Assembly: GCA_022710775.1 (NCBI GenBank)
Contig: JAKLGH010000005.1
Location: 9,260-73,259, forward strand
Reading direction: 5' to 3'
Source of the DNA: Patescibacteria group bacterium
GTDB taxonomy: Bacteria; Patescibacteriota; Minisyncoccia; Minisyncoccales; UBA5738
DNA length: 64,000 bases
Shown here: piece by piece, positions 35,965-47,179 of the stretch
Position numbering within the stretch: the stretch's first letter is position 1
Layout: every line of letters starts with the position of its first letter
Made by a program: the position numbers and the translations under genes
The notes under the pieces: model-generated
The model's input: only the letters and a program-made list of their open reading frames with translations
Told to the model about the DNA's origin: nothing
Databases searched by the model: none

Positions 35965-36005
35965 GAATTTTAAGGAAAACCAGGCTGTTTTAACGGATAA
36001 TTACA

Positions 36006-36028
36006 AAGAGGCGGCAGGCCTCTTTTTG
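36006..36028 (+). terminator. rho-independent terminator
   Basis: AAGAGGC-GGCAG-GCCTCTT followed by TTTT. Confidence 0.65.
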
Positions 36029-36029
36029 C

Positions 36030-36058
36030 TTGACAAAAGAGGTTAAATAGTGTATAAT
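36030..36058 (+). promoter_or_regulatory. consensus sigma70 promoter
   Basis: TTGACA (36030-36035), 17 nt spacer, TATAAT (36053-36058). Confidence 0.7.
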
Positions 36059-36129
36059 TATAAAAGATTACAGAAGCAATTCCGCTTTCTGGGCATTAAA
36101 AATTATAAATAAAAAATAGGTGGATTGTT

Positions 36130-36786
36130 ATGTTGGAAGGATTAAGCATCGAGCAGAAAAGAGTCGCGAAGATTATAGCAGGCGTAATCGTCCTGCTGAT
36201 CCTCGCGGCCGTGGTGCTGCCACGAATGCAGCAGCCGGTAGAAGACACGGCGAGTAAAATCGCCGAGAAAGTAATTCCTCCGAATGAAACCAAGGAGGAA
36301 AAGGTAAGGGTAGTTGAGAGGGAAGTGGTTGTTCCCGGGCCAATCAATGTCTCGGACGACGTGAAATCGTACTCCGAGATCCAGGTCTTAAAGCTTTTGA
36401 ACAATCGAGACCCGGATGATGATGCCCATCGGTACACCAAAGGGGATATGCGGGCGGCAACCGGAACGGAGTTTAGCGAATTTCTGGCCGCTTTGGATAG
36501 CAGCCAGGCCGGTACCGGGGTGGCAAAAGCGATGGACGCGATTCAGTCCGCTTTCTGGAACAACCCAGAGAAATCGCGCCATAAGATTGGCGCCGGGTAT
36601 ATGGTTACCCGGGACGACTACGGTGACCGTTGCTACGCGCTGGTCCTGGTAATGACCGGGAGCAAACCGGCGATCGCGGCGGTCAGCGCCACATCAACAG
36701 ACCCGGAGACCGACTGGTTCATCTGGACCGGCGAGAACACTCCGGGGAGCAGGGGAGCGTATATTATCACTCTTACCAGCGGATAG
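36130..36786 (+). CDS. membrane-anchored hypothetical protein (218 aa)
   Basis: N-terminal TM helix followed by a soluble domain. The 3' half looks GC-richer than its surroundings by eye. No family recognised. Confidence 0.55.
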   Translation: MLEGLSIEQKRVAKIIAGVIVLLILAAVVLPRMQQPVEDTASKIAEKVIPPNETKEEKVRVVEREVVVPGPINVSDDVKSYSEIQVLKLLNNRDPDDDAHRYTKGDMRAATGTEFSEFLAALDSSQAGTGVAKAMDAIQSAFWNNPEKSRHKIGAGYMVTRDDYGDRCYALVLVMTGSKPAIAAVSATSTDPETDWFIWTGENTPGSRGAYIITLTSG

Positions 36787-36834
36787 TCCGCGGCGAGAGG
36801 GATAAACGCTTCTTTTTTGTTACTCAAAATTTGA

Positions 36835-36863
36835 TTGACAAATTATTAAATTTATGCTATAAT
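36835..36863 (+). promoter_or_regulatory. consensus sigma70 promoter
   Basis: TTGACA (36835-36840), 17 nt spacer, TATAAT (36858-36863). Confidence 0.7.
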
Positions 36864-36974
36864 TAAGCTAGAAAATTAACAATTATGCCCGGTTACAGCG
36901 GTCTGCGCTTTGCCCGAAAAAAAGCGGTTAAAGCGCAAATCGTTGTAAGAGCGGTTTATTATAGGAGAAGAGCA

Positions 36975-37091
36975 ATGACTAAGGAAGAGTTTTGGATTGA
37001 CATAAGAGGAATATTGACAGAGATCGTTCTGTTAATATTCCTCCTCCTCCTGTTCGAGTATTGGACGGATTGGAGCATAAAATTGTTCTAA
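36975..37091 (+). CDS. 38-aa hydrophobic peptide
   Basis: MTKEEFWIDIRGILTEIVLLIFLLLLFEYWTDWSIKLF. AGGAG lies 7 nt upstream of the ATG. The ORF-track start at 36885 lacks an RBS. Confidence 0.45.
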   Translation: MTKEEFWIDIRGILTEIVLLIFLLLLFEYWTDWSIKLF

Positions 37092-37093
37092 AC

Positions 37094-37121
37094 CAGGAAG
37101 GAACCAGCCTTCCTGCTTTTT
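37094..37121 (+). terminator. rho-independent terminator
   Basis: CAGGAAGG-AACCAG-CCTTCCTG followed by CTTTTT. Confidence 0.7.
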
Positions 37122-37147
37122 GTTACAAAAGCGGTTTTATTCCCAAG

Positions 37148-37176
37148 TTGACAAAAAAAACAAAAAGAGGTAAATT
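37148..37176 (+). promoter_or_regulatory. candidate sigma70 promoter of the ATP synthase operon
   Basis: TTGACA (37148-37153), 17 nt spacer, TAAATT (37171-37176). This predicts a roughly 170-nt leader containing repeat copy 2. Confidence 0.5.
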
Positions 37177-37224
37177 TTTCTTGAACCCGTATTGGGTGTT
37201 GCTTTTTTTGAATGGATGATTTTT

Positions 37225-37354
37225 ATTAATTTGTAGACCCCGGGACAAGCCCTTGGAACAAATTAATGAGGAGTCCAGAGGAAACATCCTCTGGTCGCCG
37301 CCCGGGGGTCGTACCCCGGGAGGCGAAATACCGATAGAAAAATATAAATTCGAT
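37225..37354 (+). repeat. structured intergenic element, copy 2 (130 nt), forming the atpB leader
   Basis: Nearly identical to 35465-35595. It ends at the A of the atpB start codon region (ATG at 37353). Confidence 0.85.
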
Positions 37355-38060
37355 GGAAGAAATAGCCGTTGCCGCTATGAAGATTTCTCAAATCGGAGGG
37401 TTGGTCATTACCAATACCTTCTTTTGGACTCTGACCATCACCGCCATGCTTATTGCCAGTATGGTTTTTATTTTCCGGGAGCCCCGGCTGGTTCCGACCA
37501 GAACCCAGAACTTTTTTGAGTTCATTATCGAGAGTTTGATGGGTTTTACTGATTCCATTACCGGTTCGCGTGAAAAAACCCAAGAGATATTTCCGCTGGC
37601 CGCGACGCTTTTTTTGCTGATCTGGTCGGTAAATCTGATAGAACTGGTACCCGGAGTGGGGGTTTTTCCGATGTTGCGGTCTCCGAGTTCGGATTTGAAC
37701 TTTACGATCGCTTTGGCGGTCATTTCGATCGTTTCGGTCAATTACTATTCGATAAAACATCTTGGGATAGGCAAATATTTGGGGAAATTCTTCAATTTTA
37801 AGAATCCGATCCAGTTTTTCGTTGGGATATTGGAGTTTGTCGGAGAATTCAGTAAAGTTATTTCCCTGTCGATGCGGTTGTTCGGAAATTTGTTCGCCGG
37901 CGAGGTTTTGCTGATTATTATCTCCAGTTTATGCGCTTATCTGCTCCCTTTGCCGTTTCTGGCGCTGGAAGTGCTGGTTACTTTCATCCAGGCGCTGGTT
38001 TTTGCCACTCTCACCGTGGTGTTTTATTCGATAGCGACCATTGAGATGGAACATGGATGA
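37353..38060 (+). CDS. atpB: F0F1 ATP synthase subunit a
   Basis: 235 aa, 5-6 TM helices, conserved LSMRLFGNLFAGE (essential Arg). Confidence 0.92.
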   Translation: MEEIAVAAMKISQIGGLVITNTFFWTLTITAMLIASMVFIFREPRLVPTRTQNFFEFIIESLMGFTDSITGSREKTQEIFPLAATLFLLIWSVNLIELVPGVGVFPMLRSPSSDLNFTIALAVISIVSVNYYSIKHLGIGKYLGKFFNFKNPIQFFVGILEFVGEFSKVISLSMRLFGNLFAGEVLLIIISSLCAYLLPLPFLALEVLVTFIQALVFATLTVVFYSIATIEMEHG

Positions 38061-38331
38061 GGATCGGCAAAAACTGGCTTATATCCTGGGAATGGGAATG
38101 CAATTGGGGTTAATGATCGCTCTGACGATGGCGGGTTTGCTGGTTTTAGGGGTGTATCTGGACAAGCTGTTGGCTACTAAGCCGTTATTGACGATATTGG
38201 GGGTGGTTATGGGTTTTTTGGGAGCGGGATTGGAAATGCGGTACGTTGTCCTGCCGGTGCTGGAAAAGAAAAATAAAGCGGACGATAAAACAATCGCCGG
38301 CCCAAATAAGGAAAAACGGCCAGAAACATAA
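38053..38331 (+). CDS. AtpZ/AtpI-like small membrane protein
   Basis: Two TM helices. LGMGMQLGLMIALTMAGLLVLGVYLDKLL..LLTILGVVMGFLGAG resembles the ATPase_gene1 family. Start is the ATG at 38053 or the TTG at 38041, overlapping the atpB stop. Confidence 0.55.
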   Translation: MDEDRQKLAYILGMGMQLGLMIALTMAGLLVLGVYLDKLLATKPLLTILGVVMGFLGAGLEMRYVVLPVLEKKNKADDKTIAGPNKEKRPET

Positions 38332-38365
38332 ATAAAAAACATAAAAAAATAAATAAAAAAAATAA

Positions 38366-38659
<294 letters not shown>

Positions 38660-38705
38660 CAGCGGCGTGTTTGCGGCAAAATAGCGGATACTTATAAAAA
38701 AAGCT

Positions 38706-39191
38706 ATGGAAGGATTAGGCATCAATTGGAATTTATTAGTGGCGGAGATCGTGAATTTTTTCATTCTTCTCCTGGTTTTAAAAAAGTTTTTATATAAGCC
38801 GGTTTTAGGCATGCTTGAAGAAAGGAGGGCCAAGATCGAAGAAGGGATAAAGAAGTCCGAAGAAGCGGAAACGTCCCTGCAAAAGATCAGGGCGCTTGGC
38901 GAAGAAATCAAGGAAAAAGGCGAGCAAAAAGCCAGAGATGTGATGGTAATCGCCGAAAAAAGATCCCAGGAAAAGGCGAAAACAATATTAGCCGGAGCCG
39001 ATGAGGAAAAAACAAGAATAATCGCGGCCGCTAAAGCCGCGGCAGAACAGGAAAAAATAGCGGCCAAAGAACAGCAAGGAAGGGAGGCGATAAATCTCGC
39101 TTTTATTCTGGCCGAAAAAGTGCTGAAAGAAGAGATGAACAGGGAAAAAGACAAAAAAATCATTGAAAAGCTGGCTAAAGATCTGGGATAG
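38706..39191 (+). CDS. atpF: F0F1 ATP synthase subunit b
   Basis: N-terminal TM helix (NLLVAEIVNFFILLLVL), then a long charged helix. Position in the operon supports the call. Confidence 0.85.
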   Translation: MEGLGINWNLLVAEIVNFFILLLVLKKFLYKPVLGMLEERRAKIEEGIKKSEEAETSLQKIRALGEEIKEKGEQKARDVMVIAEKRSQEKAKTILAGADEEKTRIIAAAKAAAEQEKIAAKEQQGREAINLAFILAEKVLKEEMNREKDKKIIEKLAKDLG

Positions 39192-39204
39192 CAGGCGTAA
39201 AAAA

Positions 39205-39606
39205 ATGAAAACAAAAACCGCCATCACAACTTGGGCCCGCGTTCTGGCTATGATGACCAAAGGCCAGCCGGAGCCCGTAAAAAAGAAAATTATCCTTCGC
39301 TTAAGGGAGCAGTTAAAGCGCAAAAAAAAGGAATATCTGCTGCCGAAAATTCTGGAGTCAGCGGACAAATACGCGGCCCGGAAAGAGAAGATAACGCTTG
39401 TTCTGGCGCGTGAAACCGATAGCCGGACCAAAGAGCTTCTGGAGCAGCGATTGAAAGCGTTTTTGGGCCAGGAGAAGAGGATCGAACTCAAGATCGACGG
39501 TTCCATTATTGGAGGATTTGTCGCCCAAACCGAGGATTGTTTGATCGATGCTTCGGTGAAAAAATATTTAAATCAATTAAAAATGGTTTCGCTAGGGGAA
39601 ATCTAA
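39205..39606 (+). CDS. atpH: F0F1 ATP synthase subunit delta (short form)
   Basis: Sits between atpF and atpA. C-terminal ..IDGSIIGGFVAQTEDCLIDASVKKYL is OSCP-like. The ATG at 39205 is preferred over 39163. Confidence 0.7.
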   Translation: MKTKTAITTWARVLAMMTKGQPEPVKKKIILRLREQLKRKKKEYLLPKILESADKYAARKEKITLVLARETDSRTKELLEQRLKAFLGQEKRIELKIDGSIIGGFVAQTEDCLIDASVKKYLNQLKMVSLGEI

Positions 39607-39657
39607 TTTCATCGGCGATCAAGGAAGAATTCTTCCTTTCAAGCCCAAAGCAGTACT

Positions 39658-41160
39658 ATGGATAAAATCGAACAATTTAAAAGACAATTAGAAGAAAAGG
39701 AATTCGAGCCTAAGATGGACGAGATCGGAACCGTGATCGAATCCGGGGATAACGTGGTGAAGGCGAACGGCCTCAGGGATGTCGAAAATTTTGAATTGGT
39801 GGAATTTGAAGGGCGCCAGGTTTTCGGATTGGCTTTGAATTTGGAAGAATACGAAACCGGTATCATAGTTTTGGGCAAAGGGAGCGCGATCAAAGAAGGC
39901 GACGTGGTTAAACGAACCAAAAAAACGCTGTCCGTTCCGGTTGGCGAGGGCCTGATCGGCCGGGTGGTCGATCCGCTTGGGAGGCCTTTGGACGGCAAGG
40001 GAAAAATTGAATCAAAGATCAATAATCCGGTCGAACGGCTTGCTCCGTCGGTTATCGAAAGACAACCAGTGGATAAACCGCTCCATACCGGCATTCTGGC
40101 TATTGACGGGTTGATTCCGATCGGCAGAGGCCAGCGGGAATTGATTCTTGGCGACCGCGGTATCGGAAAAACCGCCATTGCCTTGGATATGATCATAAAC
40201 CAGAAAGAAGAGAAGAACCGCCCGGTCTGCGTTTATGTTGCCTGCGGCCAGAAGAAATCGAAATTAAAAAGGCTGATTAAAACTTTGGAAGACAAAGGGG
40301 CGATGGAGTACACGATCGTCGTGGCGGCGTTCGCCGACGATCCGGCCAGCTTTCTTTATCTGGCTCCTTACGCTGGTTGCGCTATCGGCGAGTATTTCCG
40401 CGATAATAAAAAAGACGCCGTTATCGTATACGATGATCTTACCAAGCAATCCTGGGCGTGGCGGGAAATATCATTGGTTTTGCGCCGCCCGCCGGGCCGC
40501 GAAGCCTATCCTGGAGATATTTTCTATTTGCATTCGAGGCTGCTGGAAAGGGCGGCAAAATTATCCAAGGCCCAGGGAGGCGGTTCTTTGACCGCGCTAC
40601 CGATCGTTGAAACCCAGGCCGGAGATATTTCCGGCTACATTCCGACCAATGTTATTTCGATTACCGATGGCCAGATTTTCCTGGATTCCGCTTTGTTCTA
40701 CAAAGGCCAGAGGCCTTCGCTGGATATCGGACGGTCGGTATCGCGCGTAGGTTCCAAAGCGCAGGTACCCGGGATGAAAAAGATCGCCGGAACCCTCAAA
40801 CTGGATTTGGCGCAATTCCAGGATTTGGAAAGATTTTCTGAATTTACCGAAGAACTGGATCCGCAAACCCGGCAGATGCTGGAGCGCGGAAAACGCATGA
40901 GAGAGCTTTTAAAACAGGAAGATCTAACCCCGCTGTCTTTTGAAAAAGAGATCGCGGTGATTTTCGCGGGAACCAAGGGGTATCTGGATGATTTGCCGCT
41001 GGAAAAGATTCAGCAGTTCAAGAAAGATCTTATTGAAGAGCTGGTTGCGCCATCATTGGACATTCTGGATGTCATCCGCGAGAAGGAGCAATTGGATTCC
41101 AAGACCGAAGGCGAGCTTGAAGAGGTGATCAAACGGGTTAAAAAATCCTATGGAGCTTAA
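39658..41160 (+). CDS. atpA: F0F1 ATP synthase subunit alpha
   Basis: 500 aa. P-loop GDRGIGKTAIA, and a DDLTKQS..YRE-like segment. Confidence 0.96.
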   Translation: MDKIEQFKRQLEEKEFEPKMDEIGTVIESGDNVVKANGLRDVENFELVEFEGRQVFGLALNLEEYETGIIVLGKGSAIKEGDVVKRTKKTLSVPVGEGLIGRVVDPLGRPLDGKGKIESKINNPVERLAPSVIERQPVDKPLHTGILAIDGLIPIGRGQRELILGDRGIGKTAIALDMIINQKEEKNRPVCVYVACGQKKSKLKRLIKTLEDKGAMEYTIVVAAFADDPASFLYLAPYAGCAIGEYFRDNKKDAVIVYDDLTKQSWAWREISLVLRRPPGREAYPGDIFYLHSRLLERAAKLSKAQGGGSLTALPIVETQAGDISGYIPTNVISITDGQIFLDSALFYKGQRPSLDIGRSVSRVGSKAQVPGMKKIAGTLKLDLAQFQDLERFSEFTEELDPQTRQMLERGKRMRELLKQEDLTPLSFEKEIAVIFAGTKGYLDDLPLEKIQQFKKDLIEELVAPSLDILDVIREKEQLDSKTEGELEEVIKRVKKSYGA

Positions 41161-42034
41161 GGAGATCAGGCGTAAAATCGAATCGGTATCCAACATCAGG
41201 AAACTTACGGGCGCGTTAGAAACCTTGTCGGCTTTAAAAATGAAAAAATCGCAGAAATTCGCTTTGGATTCGCGGCCGTTCGCCCAGAAAGTAAACCAAT
41301 TGCTTTCACATATTGAACCTGTTTTAAAAGCCCGGAAAGATATTTTTTTGCGCCAGGACGAGGTGAAAAAGATTCTCGCGGTGGTGATTGCTTCCGACCG
41401 GGGATTCTGCGGATCATTCAATCAGAATGTGGCGCGTCTGGCGGAAAAAGAAATCAGAAAAATGAAGGAAACGGGGGAAGTGGAAGTTTTTTCCGTGGGA
41501 AAAAAAGCCACGGCTAATTTTAAGAAAAAGAAAGAAAAGATCAACAATAGTTTTTTCGGCATAGGCGACTACGGAGAATTGGAAGAGGTTAAACCGATTT
41601 CCGACTATATAATCCGGGCTTTTATCGAAAGAAAATTCCAAAAAGTTTATATTGTTTGGACCGATTTCCAGTCAACCTTTTTCCAAAAGCCCCGGATTAT
41701 GCAATTATTGCCCCTGGATCGCGAATCGTTGCGGGAAATTTTTAAAGAAATTTCCGGGGAAAAACATGAGCATGAAACTGATCCGATCATCGAGCCTTCT
41801 TTGGGTATGGTTGGGCGCGAAATTATTCCCCAGCTGATCGAATATTTGATCTACCAATGCATTCTTGAAAGCAACGCGTCCGAACATTCCGCGAGGATGG
41901 TAGCTATGAGAAACGCTTCCGATAACGCCAAAAAACGCGTTGGCGAACTGATGCTGGATTACAATAAAGCAAGGCAGGAGATGATAACGCGCGAGGTTAC
42001 CGAGATATCGTCGGCTAAAGAAGTGCTGGAATAA
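41150..42034 (+). CDS. atpG: F0F1 ATP synthase subunit gamma
   Basis: N-terminal KEIRRKIESVSNIRKLTGALE and C-terminal NKARQEMITREVTEISSA helices. 11-nt overlap with atpA. Confidence 0.9.
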   Translation: MELKEIRRKIESVSNIRKLTGALETLSALKMKKSQKFALDSRPFAQKVNQLLSHIEPVLKARKDIFLRQDEVKKILAVVIASDRGFCGSFNQNVARLAEKEIRKMKETGEVEVFSVGKKATANFKKKKEKINNSFFGIGDYGELEEVKPISDYIIRAFIERKFQKVYIVWTDFQSTFFQKPRIMQLLPLDRESLREIFKEISGEKHEHETDPIIEPSLGMVGREIIPQLIEYLIYQCILESNASEHSARMVAMRNASDNAKKRVGELMLDYNKARQEMITREVTEISSAKEVLE

Positions 42035-42147
42035 ATTGTTTGAAATCCGAATATCCAAATATTCTAAACAAATTTAAATTAATAAATTGCCGAATTTTCA
42101 AAAATGTTAAGTTTCGAATATTCGGACATTCGCGCTTCGAACACTAA

Positions 42148-43518
<1,371 letters not shown>

Positions 43519-43536
43519 GCCCATAAGAATATTACC

Positions 43537-43776
43537 ATGAAGGTAGAAATTTTAACCCCGAAAGGTTTGGAATTGGCGGTAGAGGCGAAAACAGTGATCG
43601 CTCCGACTTTGATCGGAGAGATTGCGGTTTTGGAGAACCATATACCGATAATTTCGGTTCTTAAAGCGGGAAAATTGACTATTAAATCCGGAGAAAAAGA
43701 TATTACACGGGAAATTGAAGGCGGGATACTGGAATTCGCCAAGGATAAAATGGTAATTTTATTGAAAAGATTCTAG
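43537..43776 (+). CDS. atpC: F0F1 ATP synthase subunit epsilon (beta-sandwich domain only)
   Basis: 79 aa. MKVEILTP...AVLENHIP..L..G matches the epsilon N-terminal domain. The C-terminal helical hairpin is absent. Confidence 0.8.
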   Translation: MKVEILTPKGLELAVEAKTVIAPTLIGEIAVLENHIPIISVLKAGKLTIKSGEKDITREIEGGILEFAKDKMVILLKRF

Positions 43777-43862
43777 AAAAGTAGATACACTATGAAGCTA
43801 AGCAATAAATCGTTTAATATAGTGATTAAAAACCTGACAGGTTGAATAGTTGAGGTTTTGGA

Positions 43863-43886
43863 AAAATGGCGCGAGCCATTTTTTTT
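43863..43886 (+). terminator. rho-independent terminator of the atp operon
   Basis: AAAATGGC-GCGA-GCCATTTT followed by a T run. Confidence 0.7.
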
Positions 43887-43934
43887 GTGCCGTCAGGCGT
43901 CAAAATCAAAAATTTTAATCAATAAAGAAAAAAT

Positions 43935-44576
43935 ATGTTCAGTTTATTTCCCAAAGACGGAGTTTTCTACCAGTTGTTCGAAAAGCAATCGGAAAAGTTG
44001 AATGAAGCCGGAATGCTTTTGAAGCAGATACTTGATGATCCGCAGAAACTGGAGGAGGCTTCCATCAGGTTTAAGGAATTAGAAATTGAAGCCGACGATC
44101 TTGGCCACGAAGTGATGGACAATTTACGGCGTAATTTCATTACCCCCTTGGAAGGAGAGGACATTGATCTTTTAAGGCAGAACATGGACGACATCATCGA
44201 CCATTTGGAAAAGGCGGTGAATCGCATGGTAATCTATAAGATTCCTCAACCGTTCGTCCAGGCGATCAATGATTATTCGGGCGTGATCCAGGCGGCCATC
44301 CAGGAAATATATCTGGGCATCAAGGAGATCAAGAATGTAAGGAAATACCACGAACAGCTGCATGACCGCTGCAAAAAGCTCAATGATCTGGAAAATGCCG
44401 GCGATGAAATAAACCGGACTGCCCTCAATACCTTAATGAACGTGCCCCAAGTGAGTTGCGAAAAAGTAATCGAGATAATCAAACTAAAAGAGATATTTGA
44501 AACTCTTGAAAACGCGATTGATTGTTGCGAGGACGTAGGCAATATGTTTGAAACTATTCTGATCAAGAATCAATAG
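43935..44576 (+). CDS. DUF47/PhoU-like phosphate-transport regulator (YkaA type)
   Basis: 213 aa helical protein immediately upstream of a PiT transporter. E/D-x-x-x-D repeats as in the PhoU-related TIGR00153 family. Confidence 0.7.
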   Translation: MFSLFPKDGVFYQLFEKQSEKLNEAGMLLKQILDDPQKLEEASIRFKELEIEADDLGHEVMDNLRRNFITPLEGEDIDLLRQNMDDIIDHLEKAVNRMVIYKIPQPFVQAINDYSGVIQAAIQEIYLGIKEIKNVRKYHEQLHDRCKKLNDLENAGDEINRTALNTLMNVPQVSCEKVIEIIKLKEIFETLENAIDCCEDVGNMFETILIKNQ

Positions 44577-44654
44577 CGTGTAGGCGGAACCGGCGGTCGT
44601 TAAAAACCAGTGTTTCTATAATGGCAGCGTTTCCAATAAGATAGAATTGCAACC

Positions 44655-45668
44655 ATGGATCCGGTAATTTTATTTACTATTCTCGTAATCATTATTGCTT
44701 TGATATTCGATTTTACGAACGGAATGCATGATGCCGCCAATTCCGTTTCGACGATCGTTTCTACCCGGGTTTTATCTCCCAAGCAGGCCGTGATCTGGGC
44801 CGCATTTTTTAATTTTATCGCGTTTTTGGTGTTTGGAACGGCGGTGGCCAAGACTATCGGGTCGGGGATGATTGACGTGAGACACGTTACAATCTTTACA
44901 ATCTTCTGCGGCTTGCTTGGCGCGATCTGTTGGAATCTTTTCACCTGGCATCGCGGATTGCCGACCAGTTCGTCTCACGCTTTAATCGGCGGATATGCCG
45001 GAGCGGCCGTAGCCGGAGCGGGATTCGGCGTTATTATTCCCGGAGGGTGGACCAAAACCCTTTTTTTTATTGTTGCGGCTCCGGCTATCGGCTTGGTTCT
45101 TGGCTATATGTTGAAAGTAGTTTCAGCTTGGGTTACCTTTAAACGCAGTCCTGAAAACGTGAACAAATGGTCCAGGATCCTGCAGCTTTTTTCCGCCGCG
45201 CTTTACAGTTTGGGGCATGGCGGAAACGATGCCCAGAAAACCATGGGTATTATTGCCGGATTGCTTTTAGCCTCCGGCTTAACCAGAGAATTTACCATTC
45301 CTTTATGGGTGGTTCTTTGCGCCCATGCATCCATAGCTATGGGCACTTTAAGCGGCGGGTGGCGGATAGTTAGGACGATGGGAACTAAAATCACAAAATT
45401 AAAACCAATTGACGGAGTTTGCGCAGAAACTGCCAGCGCTTTAAGCATATTTCTGGCGACGCACTTGGGAATACCCGTAAGTACTACTCACGTAATTACG
45501 GGAGCTATTTCCGGGGTTGGAGCATCCGAACGGATTACGGCTGTCCGCTGGAATGTTACTTTCAGTATTGCCTGGGCCTGGTTATTTACCATTCCCGGAT
45601 CAGCCTTGATCGGTTCGCTGATTTTTATTTTTCTGAGCCAGATCGTCAAATTGACTGCGGCAGCTTAA
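44655..45668 (+). CDS. pit: inorganic phosphate transporter, PiT family
   Basis: Duplicated signature GMHDAANSVSTIV / GGNDAQKTMGII, about 10 TM helices. Confidence 0.88.
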   Translation: MDPVILFTILVIIIALIFDFTNGMHDAANSVSTIVSTRVLSPKQAVIWAAFFNFIAFLVFGTAVAKTIGSGMIDVRHVTIFTIFCGLLGAICWNLFTWHRGLPTSSSHALIGGYAGAAVAGAGFGVIIPGGWTKTLFFIVAAPAIGLVLGYMLKVVSAWVTFKRSPENVNKWSRILQLFSAALYSLGHGGNDAQKTMGIIAGLLLASGLTREFTIPLWVVLCAHASIAMGTLSGGWRIVRTMGTKITKLKPIDGVCAETASALSIFLATHLGIPVSTTHVITGAISGVGASERITAVRWNVTFSIAWAWLFTIPGSALIGSLIFIFLSQIVKLTAAA

Positions 45669-45704
45669 AATCCTAGTATTGATTGGGAGCCTAATCCTTA
45701 TAAA

Positions 45705-47105
45705 ATGGACGAACAAAAAAAACAATGGGATGTTGTTATCGTGGGAGCCGGGCCGGCCGGTTTGTTTTCCGCTTATGAACTTTTAAACCATTCAGAGCGT
45801 TTGAAAGTTCTTATTGTCGACAAGGGGCCGGAAGCGGAGAAAAGGATGTGTCCGGTTACCAACAATAATAAATGTTTTTCCTGCAATCCATGCCACATTA
45901 TGTGCGGCGTGGGCGGGGCGGGAATATTTTCCGACGGAATTTTGAACCTTCGCCCCGACGTGGTCGGAGGAGACCTTTCCGATTACGTTGATAACGAAAC
46001 CGAAGCCTGGAAGATTGTTGATGAGATCGATAAGGTTTTTTTAAGGTTTGGAGCGCCGGAATATGTTCATGGCACCGACAACGAAAAGATCTCTGAATTG
46101 TCCTTAAAAGCCATGTCGGCAGGGATAAAATTCGTAAAGATCCGGCAGCGGCATCTTGGCAGTGAGAATACGCCGCGCTTGATTAAAAGATTCAGCGATT
46201 ACCTTGAGCAGAAAGGCGCGGTTTTTATGACAGGTAAAACCGTTCAAGATCTTATTATTGAAAACGATAAATGCCTGGGTATTTTATTGATGGATAACGA
46301 AACGATTTTAGCCAAGCGGGTTATTCTTGCTCCGGGCAGGGTAGGATCGATTTGGGTTGACGAGATAGTTTCCAGACACAAGATAAAAGCGAACCATGCT
46401 CCGATCGACATCGGCGTCCGCGTGGAAGTTCCCGCGATCGTAATGAAATCGGTGATTGACGTGAACCGCGATCCAAAGTTCCACATTTGGAGCTCGAAAT
46501 ACGAAGATTTTGTGAGGACTTTTTGTACGAACCACGAAGGTTTTGTGGTTAAGGAAAGCTACGGTAAATTCATCGGAGTTAACGGCCATTCGTTCCAGAA
46601 TAAAAAATCCGAAAACACAAACTTTGCTTTTTTAGTACGGACGATCTTGACGCAGCCGCTGGAGAATACCACATTGTACGGAGAATCTATTGCCAAGATC
46701 GCTACGATTCTCGGCCAGGGAAAACCGATTATTCAGCGCTTAGGAGATCTTAGGCGCGGAAAAAGATCAAATGACTGGCGGCTCAAAAAGAGCACTTTCT
46801 CTCCGACTCTTCAAGATGTTACTCCGGGCAATATCGCGATGGTTTTATCGCATCGGATACTTACCGACATTATGGAAGGCCTGGATAAGCTGAACGAAGT
46901 AATTCCTGGCGTTGCGACTGATTCGACTTTTTTATACGCGCCTGAAATTAAATTTTATTCCATGAAAGTGGCTGTTGATGAAAAAATGGAGACAAGCGTA
47001 AAAAACTTATTTGCGGCCGGCGATGGCACGGGCTTGAGCCGGGATATTGTCAAAGCTGCGGCAACCGGTCTGCTGGCCGCCAGAGGCCTCTTTAAAACAC
47101 TGTAG
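45705..47105 (+). CDS. FAD-dependent oxidoreductase (COG2509-like NAD(FAD)-utilising dehydrogenase)
   Basis: Dinucleotide fold VVIVGAGPAGLFSAYEL and C-terminal LFAAGDGTGLS. Confidence 0.7.
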   Translation: MDEQKKQWDVVIVGAGPAGLFSAYELLNHSERLKVLIVDKGPEAEKRMCPVTNNNKCFSCNPCHIMCGVGGAGIFSDGILNLRPDVVGGDLSDYVDNETEAWKIVDEIDKVFLRFGAPEYVHGTDNEKISELSLKAMSAGIKFVKIRQRHLGSENTPRLIKRFSDYLEQKGAVFMTGKTVQDLIIENDKCLGILLMDNETILAKRVILAPGRVGSIWVDEIVSRHKIKANHAPIDIGVRVEVPAIVMKSVIDVNRDPKFHIWSSKYEDFVRTFCTNHEGFVVKESYGKFIGVNGHSFQNKKSENTNFAFLVRTILTQPLENTTLYGESIAKIATILGQGKPIIQRLGDLRRGKRSNDWRLKKSTFSPTLQDVTPGNIAMVLSHRILTDIMEGLDKLNEVIPGVATDSTFLYAPEIKFYSMKVAVDEKMETSVKNLFAAGDGTGLSRDIVKAAATGLLAARGLFKTL

Positions 47106-47179
47106 AGCTGTTGGCGCTGCTTGTGCCGGATACTGGGATTTGTTATCTTGAGCTAAAGAAGCATCTTTAAAAATCAGCA

